From: an uncultured delta proteobacterium
GTDB lineage: Bacteria; Desulfobacterota; Desulfomonilia; UBA1062
Direction of reading: 5' to 3'
NCBI GenBank assembly: GCA_963752595.1
Contig: CAVVYZ010000006.1
Span: forward strand, 11,756-75,755
DNA: 64,000 bases
Both the position numbers and the translations under genes were made by a program. The notes under the pieces were generated by a model. It made no database searches. It was not told the DNA's origin and worked only from the letters and a program-made list of their open reading frames with translations. Position 1 is the first letter of the stretch. Each line of letters starts with the position of its first letter. Of the stretch, positions 8,263-18,424 are shown in pieces.

Positions 8263-9388
8263 TCAGGAGAGCAAGGACAGATAGAGGGCTTCTGTCTTTT
8301 TTACCATCAGACCGGCTGAAAACCTTTCCCCTACGAGCTTTCTCCCTTCATCAGCCATGATCCGGGCATGTTCGGGCATGGTAGCGATATCCCTCATTCT
8401 CACGGCCATGGCATCGACATCGCCGGGAGGGATCAGGTATCCTGTTATACCATCTTGTATGAGCAAGGGGATGTCGCCAACCGAGGTGGCGATGATTGGA
8501 ATGCCGCAGGCCATTGCCTCTAACATCACATAGGGCAGCCCTTCGGTAAAAGACGGGATAACCAGACAGTCAATATTCCGATAGAGTTCTTTGATGTTCT
8601 TCCTCACCCCGCAGAAAAACATCCTTTCCTGAATATCCAGCATGCGTATCAGCCCAAGGATGTTCTCTTTTTCAGGCCCATCTCCTGCAATCACTCCGAA
8701 ATTGCCGGGAAACTCAAAGAAGAGGTTTGCAAATGCATTGAGAAAGACCGCGTGGCCCTTATCCGGGAAGAGCCTGCCTACTACGGCAAAGATCTTTTTG
8801 TCCGGAGCCTTGGCAACCGGCAGCGAGCGGTTCGGGACCATGATAATGTGTGTTCAATAGATCCGCATCGAACCCGTTCTGAATAAGCTCGATCCTGTCG
8901 CGTCTTAAACCCTTGCCCGACAGCTCAGCGAGCAGGTCTTTTGATACGGCAATGACCTTATCACAAGAGCGGTACACCCCATGTTCGTCAAGGTAGAGGT
9001 AAATCCTCTTCATCAGCGAATCCTTTGTCGATCCGTGTGCCGTGGCAATCCTCTTTACCCCGAGATTAAGGGTGGCCAGGAGCCCATAGAAATCCGATTT
9101 GAAGTCATGGGTATGGATGAGGGAAACGTCATGCGACCGTATGAATTGCCGGATGCTCATCACGGCACGGACATCAAACCTGCCGTTGACATCTATGGGC
9201 TCGACTTCAAAGCCCATGTTCCGGGCAAGATCGATGAGGGGCTCGCTCCTTCCATCCGGCCTTCGCATGCAGAGCAGGGAGAAATCGAACAGGCCGGGGT
9301 TTAAATTCTTCCCCAGGGTCATGATCACGCGCTCACTGCCGAAAATACCGCTGCTGTCGCGTATATGGAGGATTCGATGCCTTTTCAT
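8263..9388 (-). CDS. GT4 glycosyltransferase (frameshift near 8826)
   Basis: N-half GSER, IHTHD, TAHG; C-half VGRL..DKGH, PS.TEGLP...LEAMACG. The halves are in two overlapping frames. Confidence 0.85.
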
Positions 9389-9409
9389 TGAAGTCGGTGA
9401 AAGGTAGAT

Positions 9410-10381
9410 CTATCGTACCATTTCAGACAAAAGCTTTAGGAGAATGGCTTTCCTCTGCTCCCACTCAGCCTGCCTTTCCATTTTGAGCTCTCTGGCTTCT
9501 TTTTCCAGGAAAGGCTTATTTTCGATGAGCATTATTAGCGAACGGTGGATGCCTTCCACGGTGTGGGGGGTATAGACGACTCCTCTGTTGAAATAATCCC
9601 TCAATGCCCGGGTATCCGAGAGTATCTGGGGCTTTTCGACCGCGACTGTCTCATATGCACCGCACACAAGGCAGTTCTCTCGGCTTGTAAGGTCAATGGT
9701 TGCGTCCACGGAGTTGAGCATGTCTACATACAGGTCTTCCGAGATGTACCCCATCAGGGTAACATTGGAAGGCACCTGCACAGGGTCTATATTCTTTTTA
9801 CGATAATTCCCGGTGACATAGATGTGGACCCCGGAATCAAGCTTTTCTGCCGCCTCAAAAACCAGACCATACGGCTCGTCCTGCGCATATGAGCAGATGA
9901 AAAGGACGTTGTATCTGCCTTCAAGAGGTATCGGGGGCCGGCGCTGGATATCGGGTATCCTGTCCTGGAGAACGAAAGCCCTGCCGCCGTTGGCCTCCAC
10001 GTGTCTCTGCAGCTGCTCATTCGTAACCAGAGTTAGGTCAGCCCCGGCCTGGACGTATCTGCTCAAACTCCCAAGCACGGGTGATTTGCCCTCTCTGGGG
10101 AAGAGTCCCACATTGTGGGCATCAACACAGACCCTGAAACCTGATGCCTTCTTGACCGTTACGAGAAAGGACGAGAGGATGAGTGAAGGGTTCTGGCAGA
10201 ACACCAGGGAAGGTTTTTCCTTAAGCAGTGCCCTGCTTGTCCGCATGAGGCCTCTCGAATATTTCTTTACGGGGTTCTTTATGTCATCGACCTCTTTGAA
10301 CTCGAACAGCTTTATGCCGAGAGCCTTGCTGAGCTCCCGGTTCCTCCTTTGATTCTCCCAGGTGAACCACACGGCATTCAC
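9410..10381 (-). CDS. Glycosyltransferase (GT-B/GT4-like)
   Basis: QNPS, DAHN, SYAQDEP, LVCGAYE..A..KP.I.SDT; operon context. Confidence 0.75.
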   Translation of the reverse strand: MNAVWFTWENQRRNRELSKALGIKLFEFKEVDDIKNPVKKYSRGLMRTSRALLKEKPSLVFCQNPSLILSSFLVTVKKASGFRVCVDAHNVGLFPREGKSPVLGSLSRYVQAGADLTLVTNEQLQRHVEANGGRAFVLQDRIPDIQRRPPIPLEGRYNVLFICSYAQDEPYGLVFEAAEKLDSGVHIYVTGNYRKKNIDPVQVPSNVTLMGYISEDLYVDMLNSVDATIDLTSRENCLVCGAYETVAVEKPQILSDTRALRDYFNRGVVYTPHTVEGIHRSLIMLIENKPFLEKEARELKMERQAEWEQRKAILLKLLSEMVR

Positions 10382-11538
10382 AAGTCGCTACCCAGGAGGG
10401 AATCATAATAGGCTTCATAATCACGGATAACCTTTTCCCACCCGAATCTCTCTGAAATCATTCTTTTCCCGCTTTCCCCCATATTTTTTCTCAAATGTGG
10501 ATCTTTCAGCAGCCGGCACAGCTTATCAGCCATGGATTGATAATCCTCATTGGGGACGAGGAAGCCGTTCACCCCGTCACGGATCAGCTCTTTGTTCCCG
10601 CCGACGGCTGTAGCCACAACAGGCATGCCGGTTGCCATATACTCGAGAATGGAATTGGACAGGCCTTCGGATTCCGAGGATAAAACACCTATGTCCCAGT
10701 GCTTGATGCAATTCGGGATATCTTTTACTGCGCCCAAGAACAGGATGCGTTCGGACATGTGCGATGCATCGCTGAGCTCGGCCAGCTCTTGCTTGAGATA
10801 CCCTTCCCCGACAATGCAGAAAAACACATTGGGAATGGCTTTGAGGACCTCTGCTGCGGCACGGATGAACACATCGACCCGTTTGACGCGCCTGCTGAAA
10901 TTTGCCGATATGCCTATGCAGTAGTTCTTCTGCCTGTCAAACAGATCGACTGTATCATTTCGCGGCGAACTGTTTCCATTGAACCGGGACTTATCGATCC
11001 CGTTGTAAATGACTGAAATTTTATCCGGATGCACCCATTCGTCACGTGCCACCTGCTGTTTGACTGCATGGGAATTCACGAGGAAATGATCGACAAATCT
11101 ATTTAATGCCCTGATAATAATGACCAATTGCCGGTTGTGCCAGAATCCCAGATCTCTCCTGCAGCACACGATCTTCTTTACCCCGGCAAGTTTTCCGGCA
11201 GCGACCCCGATGATTTGGGCATCCACGAAATATGTCTGTACGATATCTATTCTGTTTTCTTTGAAAAACTTCGCCAGCTTTATCGTCCTGCCCGCGCACT
11301 CCGTACTCATGAGAGACTGGATGTCGCATTGATAATAATTGAGATGGGTGGAATAATCCTCCCGGTTTCCCGTAGAGAAATGTACATAGGCATCGGGCGG
11401 CTTGAGGCATACGAGATGCTTATCGAAGCGGTTCTCGTCCAGCAGCGACATGAGGCTCAGCAGCTGCTTTTCCGTGCCGCCTATGGAGTTGATGGTGTCG
11501 ATAACGAACGCGATTCCTATTTTTTTACTCATAGACAT
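10378..11538 (-). CDS. GT4 glycosyltransferase
   Basis: GGTEKQL, IYNGID, SSESEGLSNSILEYMATG.PVVAT.VGG. Confidence 0.92.
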   Translation of the reverse strand: MSMSKKIGIAFVIDTINSIGGTEKQLLSLMSLLDENRFDKHLVCLKPPDAYVHFSTGNREDYSTHLNYYQCDIQSLMSTECAGRTIKLAKFFKENRIDIVQTYFVDAQIIGVAAGKLAGVKKIVCCRRDLGFWHNRQLVIIIRALNRFVDHFLVNSHAVKQQVARDEWVHPDKISVIYNGIDKSRFNGNSSPRNDTVDLFDRQKNYCIGISANFSRRVKRVDVFIRAAAEVLKAIPNVFFCIVGEGYLKQELAELSDASHMSERILFLGAVKDIPNCIKHWDIGVLSSESEGLSNSILEYMATGMPVVATAVGGNKELIRDGVNGFLVPNEDYQSMADKLCRLLKDPHLRKNMGESGKRMISERFGWEKVIRDYEAYYDSLLGSDL

Positions 11539-11557
11539 CCCTGCTTGAGATTTCGGT

Positions 11558-12904
11558 TCAGACGTTACAGATCGCAAACCGGTATTTCCCGGAGGATTCC
11601 TGCTCGACCCGCTCTACGAATTCAAATTCCATTGATGAGTTCGGAAATATTTTCATGAATTCCCGTTTCAGGGCACGAACTGCCTTTTCCTCGGTAAAGC
11701 CTTCATTCATGACTATATTGAAAGTGAATCTGTTGATCTCGTTCTGGATAATCTGCATTTGCATGATAGCCGGGTTTTTGGTTAATACCCTCTCGATCAG
11801 CGAGACGCCTGCAACCTTGCTGCCGTTCTCTCTTATGAGGAAGTCGGCTGTTCTCCCACTGATCTTTTCCATGAGGGGCAGCCCTCTTCCACATTCGCAG
11901 AGCCGGTCTGTGGGGACGCCGACATCACCCACCTCATAACGGATAAACGGCATTCCGTAATTCGATAAGTCGGTCAGAACTATCCTTCCTTCCTCACCCG
12001 GGAGCGCAGGATGGCCGTTTGCCTTGATAAACTCGATGAAGAGATGATCGATATTCAAGTGCATCCCGTTATGGCACTCGCATTCAGATGAAATGAGACC
12101 CACCTCTTCACAGCCGTATCTGTCGAAAACCTTCTGCCGGAAGACTTCTTCAATAAGAAGCCGCTCATTGTCCATCAACATCATGGATGTTGAGACGATT
12201 CCCGCCGGGGTTCCGACAAAGATCTTTTCTTTTGAGAGTAAGTCGGCAAGGAGGTAGAGCGAATGGGAATGGCCGAAAAGGATATACCCTTCATAATTGT
12301 TAATTTTATTTACAAATTCCAAGATGCTGGGGGTATCCATATTTATGGTGTCCAGGTATGAAGTCCGTTTAAGAATATTCTGCCTGACCTTGCTTTTGAA
12401 TGTCCCGGCTTTCGGAGGATTGCCCCACAGGGCACCTACCGGCACACCAAGGTCCCAATTGGCCCATCGATTATGTCTCCAGGCGCATGCATCCCGTTGA
12501 TGAATGCATTCCTTATTCACGGAAAAGTGCAGCTGGGTTCCAGTCGAACCGCCTGTACTCGCCCGGATGAGATCTTTGCGGTGATAGCTCCTGGACACCA
12601 TTTTCCCCGAATGCCTGATGATATCTCGTTTGGTTAAGACAGGGACGCTTCGCAGATCATCGGCACTCGCCATTTGATAAGGATTGAAACCGGCCTTGTT
12701 GAAAACATCCTGGTAGTACTCTACGGTGTCATAGGAATGGATGAGTATGCTTTTTAATTTCTGCAGCTGGATAGTGCCAAGTGCCTCGCCCGTGAGCCAT
12801 TGAGAGTTTTCCAGTTCTTTTAACGTACTTAATAATCTGCTCTTTTCCTTTATCGAATAAATGGGGGCAACAATATATCGAGAGATTGGCCTCAATAAAT
12901 CCAT
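11558..12904 (-). CDS. Phenylacetate-CoA ligase/CapK-like adenylate-forming protein
   Basis: STGGSTG P-loop, DRYGCEE, TDL.NYGMPFIRYEVGD, SGKYRF. Confidence 0.88.
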   Translation of the reverse strand: MDLLRPISRYIVAPIYSIKEKSRLLSTLKELENSQWLTGEALGTIQLQKLKSILIHSYDTVEYYQDVFNKAGFNPYQMASADDLRSVPVLTKRDIIRHSGKMVSRSYHRKDLIRASTGGSTGTQLHFSVNKECIHQRDACAWRHNRWANWDLGVPVGALWGNPPKAGTFKSKVRQNILKRTSYLDTINMDTPSILEFVNKINNYEGYILFGHSHSLYLLADLLSKEKIFVGTPAGIVSTSMMLMDNERLLIEEVFRQKVFDRYGCEEVGLISSECECHNGMHLNIDHLFIEFIKANGHPALPGEEGRIVLTDLSNYGMPFIRYEVGDVGVPTDRLCECGRGLPLMEKISGRTADFLIRENGSKVAGVSLIERVLTKNPAIMQMQIIQNEINRFTFNIVMNEGFTEEKAVRALKREFMKIFPNSSMEFEFVERVEQESSGKYRFAICNV

Positions 12905-12913
12905 ACCACTCTC

Positions 12914-13507
12914 CTAATGTGTCTTCTTTGTACTCAATCCTGCTTGTTTTACTCCTCCTGAAATATGTACCGTGTTGAAAATCCTCGACCGGTAAAAAGA
13001 TAATGACCCCACGAAGGTACCGCCGATTTTTGCATAATTGTGAAGCTGCACTTCGTTTGTGCTGTTCGTCGCACGAAAAGCTACTGTATAGTTATTCGAT
13101 AATAATCTGGCATTTACCGATTGCTCCAGGTATTTGCCGATGCAGAGGCCCCGGTGTGAAGGAATGACAAACAGCTTGAAGGGGTATCCTGCATATTCCG
13201 GCAGTACAAAATCAACTTTCTTTGAACCGACAACCGACATTTCGCGGGTACTGTAAAAGATATACCCGACAAGTTTCCTCTCAACCTGCGCTGCCAGAAG
13301 ATTCCACGTTTTACTTGCAAGCTTGTCCTCCAAAGTTTCCCACGAGTAAGATTTCAGATCCATCCGGGGATCGTCATGCAGAGCTTTAACCTCTTCCAGT
13401 GAAGGCTCTCGTATGGAAAGGGGAACTCCGGTTTGAAAGCCTGTAGTAAGATTCTGCAACTGAAAGCTGTAGATAAAAACCCGCTGACAAAATACAAACC
13501 TGTTCAA
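12914..13507 (-). CDS. GNAT-like protein
   Basis: LVGY, LFV.PSHRGLCIG, N......Y.KIG motifs. Confidence 0.6.
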   Translation of the reverse strand: MNRFVFCQRVFIYSFQLQNLTTGFQTGVPLSIREPSLEEVKALHDDPRMDLKSYSWETLEDKLASKTWNLLAAQVERKLVGYIFYSTREMSVVGSKKVDFVLPEYAGYPFKLFVIPSHRGLCIGKYLEQSVNARLLSNNYTVAFRATNSTNEVQLHNYAKIGGTFVGSLSFYRSRIFNTVHISGGVKQAGLSTKKTH

Positions 13508-13521
13508 ATTGCCCCTTGGGC

Positions 13522-14733
13522 TTAAAAGTCCCAGAATACCTTATCCCCGTCTCCAAAGGTAAAGAACCAGTTCTCACCCCTGCTCATGCCGTTGGATTCA
13601 TCATATACACCCGGATGAAAGTACTTGAGGGCGTGAGGATTATCCCTTGCACGCAAAAAACCCCTTCTCTTGAGTATTTTGATAAACGGCAGCGAAGAAC
13701 ACAGGATCTCGACGGTATCGGGTTTTGACCTTTCAATATCCGCCATGGCCCTCTCAAGCAGGCCCTCAAAGGCATCCGGACTTTCAGGAGAGCAGAGAAA
13801 ATCGAACAAGGTTGCGATCTTTCTGCCGTTCTCGGCTTCCCGTGTCCTGAAAACCATATATCCTGTGAGGCCATCGCCCTGAAGGCTAATGAGTTTTTTA
13901 AACATCGAGGATGAATCATGGGCATATTTCCAGTTCAGCACCTTACTCGTGCGAAACGCAATGAATGGAAACCGGGCACGTACAGAATGAAACAAGGTGT
14001 CAATCCGCTCATCAAAGCTGTCGACATACCGGACAGCATGTTCCCTTGTGCGTGTATTAAAACCGCTTACCCGGGGAAGCGTTCCTTCATTCCCGCGAAA
14101 GCCGGGGCTCATGAAATGCAAGGCAAGCCCTGACCTTGGTTTTCGAGTGGATGAAAGCCTGGAGATACCTCCGCTCATGGACAGCGTGGCCCAAAGATAT
14201 CGTACGATCTTTTCGCCCGAGTACACCATTGAGATCAATCGGTTGCATCCCTTGATTGCAATGTTGTTCAGCCATTTGTATCGAATTCGTATAAGGTTGT
14301 TCACCGTATATATCTTTGCATAGGTGTACAGCCCGTCAACATGCTTCCATCCGCATTTTTTAAAAACCTTGCTGTTCGGTGCATTCATCCACACTGCGAT
14401 CGAGAACTCAGGATGTTGCTCCATGACCGATCTGACGAGATCTGTCCCGAGCCCCCGCCCCCTTCTTTCCGGGGAGACCATGGTATCATGATAGATACAG
14501 CCCTGAACCGTCTGACCGGAAATGCTGAACTTAAACGGCATCATCCCTTCATAGGCTATAATGCCGTCTCCCTCTTCCAAAACCAGGTAATCATCATGGG
14601 TGCTGCTGAAAGGATTATGTCCGACCAGCCATTGAAAGCTTTTTGCTTTCCGATGAGCTGATCGGCCTGATCCCTGCTCGTTCCAGAATTCCTGAAAACG
14701 TAAAAGATCGCCATCCTGATATTTTCTGATCAT
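13522..14733 (-). CDS. GNAT family N-acetyltransferase (double-GNAT-like)
   Basis: DTMVSPERRGRGLG, N..S..VFKKCGW, R....LNWKY, WFFTFGDGD; start taken at MIRKYQ. Confidence 0.8.
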   Translation of the reverse strand: MIRKYQDGDLLRFQEFWNEQGSGRSAHRKAKSFQWLVGHNPFSSTHDDYLVLEEGDGIIAYEGMMPFKFSISGQTVQGCIYHDTMVSPERRGRGLGTDLVRSVMEQHPEFSIAVWMNAPNSKVFKKCGWKHVDGLYTYAKIYTVNNLIRIRYKWLNNIAIKGCNRLISMVYSGEKIVRYLWATLSMSGGISRLSSTRKPRSGLALHFMSPGFRGNEGTLPRVSGFNTRTREHAVRYVDSFDERIDTLFHSVRARFPFIAFRTSKVLNWKYAHDSSSMFKKLISLQGDGLTGYMVFRTREAENGRKIATLFDFLCSPESPDAFEGLLERAMADIERSKPDTVEILCSSLPFIKILKRRGFLRARDNPHALKYFHPGVYDESNGMSRGENWFFTFGDGDKVFWDF

Positions 14734-14783
14734 GCGCCTGTTTCCGTAAGGGATTGTATCCACGGGTACTGAATAGTGCTTCG

Positions 14784-15860
14784 TCAACGGTTGAGTATGC
14801 GTTTGCCGAAGCTGGAGACTGATCGTTTTATCCAGATTATGTGATGGACATTGGCAAGGAACTTGTGAAAGCTCATGTCTCCTTCGATGCCGTATCGGTG
14901 AAAGCACAGCGGATTCGTGTGGGAGTAGTTCGGTCCTCTCATCATGGAGAAGGCGCTGCTTATGCCGTTTTGAGTTAATATCTTCTGTGACCGTTCTTCA
15001 AAATCGTCTTTTTCCCCATTCGGGTAGCTGAACAATGTGCAAGGCTTGCCAGTAATTACCTTGATGTGATCGATCGACGTTTTGATTTCATATTCTTTCT
15101 CTTCGTCAGGCAGAAGTCTCAGTATGGAATGCGTGTGGGTATGAGCGCCGAATTCGATGAGACCGCTTTTATGCATGGCCAACATGTCATTGCTGTTGAG
15201 AATGCGGTATGGGCTTTTCCTGTTCACCCTGACAGAATGCCTGTAGCCCAGAAGCGAGGTTATGTTTTCGACTTCCTGGACCAGCATGGTATGCGGCATT
15301 TTTTTTAAGATCGCTTGAACGTTCCGGCAGGCTTCCGCCCGTTCTCTCATACTTCTCAGTTCATATGTATTATGCATCCATACGAGATTCTTCTTCTTTG
15401 ACTCGGAAAACGCCTTGTTCAGGGTGCAGTACCAGATGGTCCGGTCGCTGTCCACAAAACCGGTAACGGGAAAGATCGTAGCCGGCAGCCGTAGTTCTTT
15501 TAATATGGGGAAAACGACATCATAATTATTCTGAAACCCGTCATCGAACGTTAACGACAATATCGGCTGCTTGGTTTTCCTCTTGCTTCGTAAGATATCA
15601 ACGGCATCTGAAAGGCGCACGGTAAGAAAGTTTTTTTTGATATATAATAATTGCCGTATGATCGAATCCTTGAATACAAAACACCTGTCATGAATCGGCA
15701 ATTGCTCCTCAGTCACTCCGTGATAGGTGACTACCGTATACGCCTTTCTGAAAAATGCTTTGTTAAGAAGCTGCGGTATTCCTTGTTCCGCAAGATTTTT
15801 AACAATTATTTCTATTACCGAATCATAGGGCTTAGGATTTTCTTTTGTTATATTTTCCAA
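14784..15860 (-). CDS. Polysaccharide deacetylase (CE4)
   Basis: YHG, LTFDDG, FGAHTHTH, FSYPNG. Confidence 0.92.
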   Translation of the reverse strand: MENITKENPKPYDSVIEIIVKNLAEQGIPQLLNKAFFRKAYTVVTYHGVTEEQLPIHDRCFVFKDSIIRQLLYIKKNFLTVRLSDAVDILRSKRKTKQPILSLTFDDGFQNNYDVVFPILKELRLPATIFPVTGFVDSDRTIWYCTLNKAFSESKKKNLVWMHNTYELRSMRERAEACRNVQAILKKMPHTMLVQEVENITSLLGYRHSVRVNRKSPYRILNSNDMLAMHKSGLIEFGAHTHTHSILRLLPDEEKEYEIKTSIDHIKVITGKPCTLFSYPNGEKDDFEERSQKILTQNGISSAFSMMRGPNYSHTNPLCFHRYGIEGDMSFHKFLANVHHIIWIKRSVSSFGKRILNR

Positions 15861-17046
15861 AATGTATAATGTTATTTCTTTGACCGGCTAAGGACTCGAT
15901 TGCATGATCCTGTGCATGAGCACGAAATCCATGCTTCATCTCAGATTCCAGATATGTTCTTGCCAGCTTTCCGGGGTAGGTAAACAGCTTGTGAAAATTC
16001 TTTATTCTTTTTGCGTTCGAGAGAAAATATACCCATCCGGTCTTGATGGTATCGTACAGAGTCCAGAATTTGTTGTATTTTATCAATCGTATCGGTTCTG
16101 ACAGGGTGTTCATGCGAAGTTTGAAAGAAGGAGAATCATCCACGGGGACAATGCGCAGATCGTCTCTTAATTTGCAGGGCATCATCCGGACTTTGCGGAT
16201 GCCGCTTTTGGAAACTGAAGCTGAAAAAACTGCACTCAGTTTTCTGGAGCTGTTGAGCTTCAGCTGTGAATGCCTTACCTCGCCCTGTGCGTTGACCCAC
16301 CTCCAATCGACGTCGGAAAAGAGAAAGTTCCCGAGACTGTACGCTATATAGCCGTGTTTGTATCTCTCGATGCCCTGTAAGACGTGGGGATGATGCCCGA
16401 TAACCAGGTGTGCACCCATCTCGATTATCCGATGGGCTTTTTCAACCTGATCAGGTGTGGGATAGGCCCAGTCTTCAATCCCCCAGTGAAGAGATACGAT
16501 GACGATATCTGCATTGCCCTTCAGGGATGCGATGTCCTGATTTAATTGATCAAGGTCCAGCGGTGCGATACCTCTGGTCTCTTCAGATGCATAGAAAGGC
16601 GAATCTATCTTAACTTCGCAGCAGGAAAGCATTCCGATCGATATCCCGTTCTTCTCCATGATGACCGGCTTGCGTGCTTCGGCTAAGTCCTTGCCGGCTC
16701 CGCACCAGTGAATGCCTTGAGAATCCAGGATCTCGATGGTGTCATAAAAAGCCTGCTCCCGGTAATCCATTATATGGTTATTCCCCAGGGTAAGTGCCGT
16801 GAACCCTGCTTCTTTAAGCCCGACGGCATACCCGGGATGGGTTTTGAGGCTCAGTTTCATAGGATACGGCTCACCGCCGAGGCATAAGGGTGCCTCCAGG
16901 TTGCCGATCAACAGATCATGCTCTGAAAACACCTTCCTCATAAGCTCAAAGGGATAATGCGGTCCTTTTGCCCCATGAAGAACGTCGTAGTCATGAGTGA
17001 GGGCAATATCGCCCACCAGACCGATTTTAAAGGATGTATCAACCAT
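15832..17046 (-). CDS. CapA/PGA_cap family metallophosphoesterase
   Basis: VGD, NLE, LGNNHIMDY, SLHWG.E, IGHHPHVLQG, YSLGNFLF. Confidence 0.9.
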   Translation of the reverse strand: MVDTSFKIGLVGDIALTHDYDVLHGAKGPHYPFELMRKVFSEHDLLIGNLEAPLCLGGEPYPMKLSLKTHPGYAVGLKEAGFTALTLGNNHIMDYREQAFYDTIEILDSQGIHWCGAGKDLAEARKPVIMEKNGISIGMLSCCEVKIDSPFYASEETRGIAPLDLDQLNQDIASLKGNADIVIVSLHWGIEDWAYPTPDQVEKAHRIIEMGAHLVIGHHPHVLQGIERYKHGYIAYSLGNFLFSDVDWRWVNAQGEVRHSQLKLNSSRKLSAVFSASVSKSGIRKVRMMPCKLRDDLRIVPVDDSPSFKLRMNTLSEPIRLIKYNKFWTLYDTIKTGWVYFLSNAKRIKNFHKLFTYPGKLARTYLESEMKHGFRAHAQDHAIESLAGQRNNIIHFGKYNKRKS

Positions 17047-18415
17047 GTTGTTCCGGGATCGGGATCAGCCTCTTGGCAAAATGATATTTCCCGGACGGCT
17101 CTTTTGGTATTCCATCAACGAAATCATAGGTTATTCTCATACTCTCTCCAAATATTTTCCTGACTATTTTTTTCTGGTGATCCATAATTTCCTTTGTCGG
17201 GAGAGGATCCTTTGTCATCTTGAAGGTAAGGTGGTCGACGGCATCCTGGAGGACCTGCATCTGTCCGATGAGGCCCGGTGCTCCATTTACCAGGTACATT
17301 ACCAGCGCTATAGTCGAGACCAGCTTTCCGTCCGGGGTAATGAAAACGTCAAGGGAACGCCCCATCACCTTATCGATCATGGGTAGCCCTCGCCCGCAGG
17401 GACAGGAGCTGTTGTTCATCACGGCCATATCACCCATGTCGTACCGTATGAACGGCATCCCGTAGTTGAGCAGATCCGTAACGATCACCTCACCGATCCA
17501 ATCGGTCGACCCTTTTATCTGCTTTTTATTATCAAGCTCGATATGGAGGTATTCTGCATTGATATGCATGCCCTTGTGGAGTTCACACTCCTGTGCCATG
17601 GGCCCGACCTCCCGTGACCGGTACGAATCAAAGACGTCGCAGTGGAAAACCTGCGAAACCAGTTCCCTCTGATGGTCATAAAGCGGCTCACCCGTGGATA
17701 TGATCCCTTTCAGACGAATATCCGTGATACTCTTTCTATAAATGAACCTGGCGAGTTCATGTATAGGGGAGCTGAATGCCAGGATCATGGTCGGACGTTT
17801 CCGCATCAGTTTCCCGATATAATCATCGCACATCCTGTCATCGATAAGTGCTGCAGGGAATACGACCTGCCTTTTATAGAATTCATTCTTTATCTTGGAC
17901 TTCCATGTATGAAACCCCAGAAAATCCTGATGTGCAGGCCAGACAAGACCCATGTACTGACCGATATCCCAGCCTGTCCATTTCCCGAATCTATGGATGG
18001 CCGCCTCTTTTTTCCCCAGGCAGGCATTATCACGATAAAACCTCATCTTTACCCCTGAAGTGCCGCCGGTTTCCGAGGTGTGAATCTCATCGTTCGGGTA
18101 GTTCCCGGCCACCATGGCCTGGAGGTTTTCCCGTATTTGATCTTTGGTAAGGACCGGCAGCGCCAGGAGCTCATCCATATGCCTGAACGTATATGGATTA
18201 AAGCCGGAATCATCGAATCTCTTTTTATAAAAATCAGTGTTCTCGTACGCGTGGACCAACAAGGTTTTGAGCCTTGCCTTCTGGAGATTATGGATACGCT
18301 CCGGCGGCCAGAACTGGCTTTCATCCAGTTCCCTCATATCCTGCATGATGCCGCGGAGCCCATCGCGATAAGCCAGAATCGGGAACGATATCTTTTTAAT
18401 GAATGTGTCCAACAT
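17039..18415 (-). CDS. Second CapK-like adenylate-forming protein
   Basis: ETGGTSG, STGE, DSY.SRE, TDLLNYGMPFIRYDMGD, SGKY. Confidence 0.88.
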   Translation of the reverse strand: MLDTFIKKISFPILAYRDGLRGIMQDMRELDESQFWPPERIHNLQKARLKTLLVHAYENTDFYKKRFDDSGFNPYTFRHMDELLALPVLTKDQIRENLQAMVAGNYPNDEIHTSETGGTSGVKMRFYRDNACLGKKEAAIHRFGKWTGWDIGQYMGLVWPAHQDFLGFHTWKSKIKNEFYKRQVVFPAALIDDRMCDDYIGKLMRKRPTMILAFSSPIHELARFIYRKSITDIRLKGIISTGEPLYDHQRELVSQVFHCDVFDSYRSREVGPMAQECELHKGMHINAEYLHIELDNKKQIKGSTDWIGEVIVTDLLNYGMPFIRYDMGDMAVMNNSSCPCGRGLPMIDKVMGRSLDVFITPDGKLVSTIALVMYLVNGAPGLIGQMQVLQDAVDHLTFKMTKDPLPTKEIMDHQKKIVRKIFGESMRITYDFVDGIPKEPSGKYHFAKRLIPIPEQHG

Positions 18416-18424
18416 GGCGTATCC

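Noticed and set aside
8759-8841. Programmed frameshift in the split GT4 gene (and other split genes)
   Set aside because: No slippery heptamer or stimulatory structure was seen; sequencing indels are the simpler explanation.
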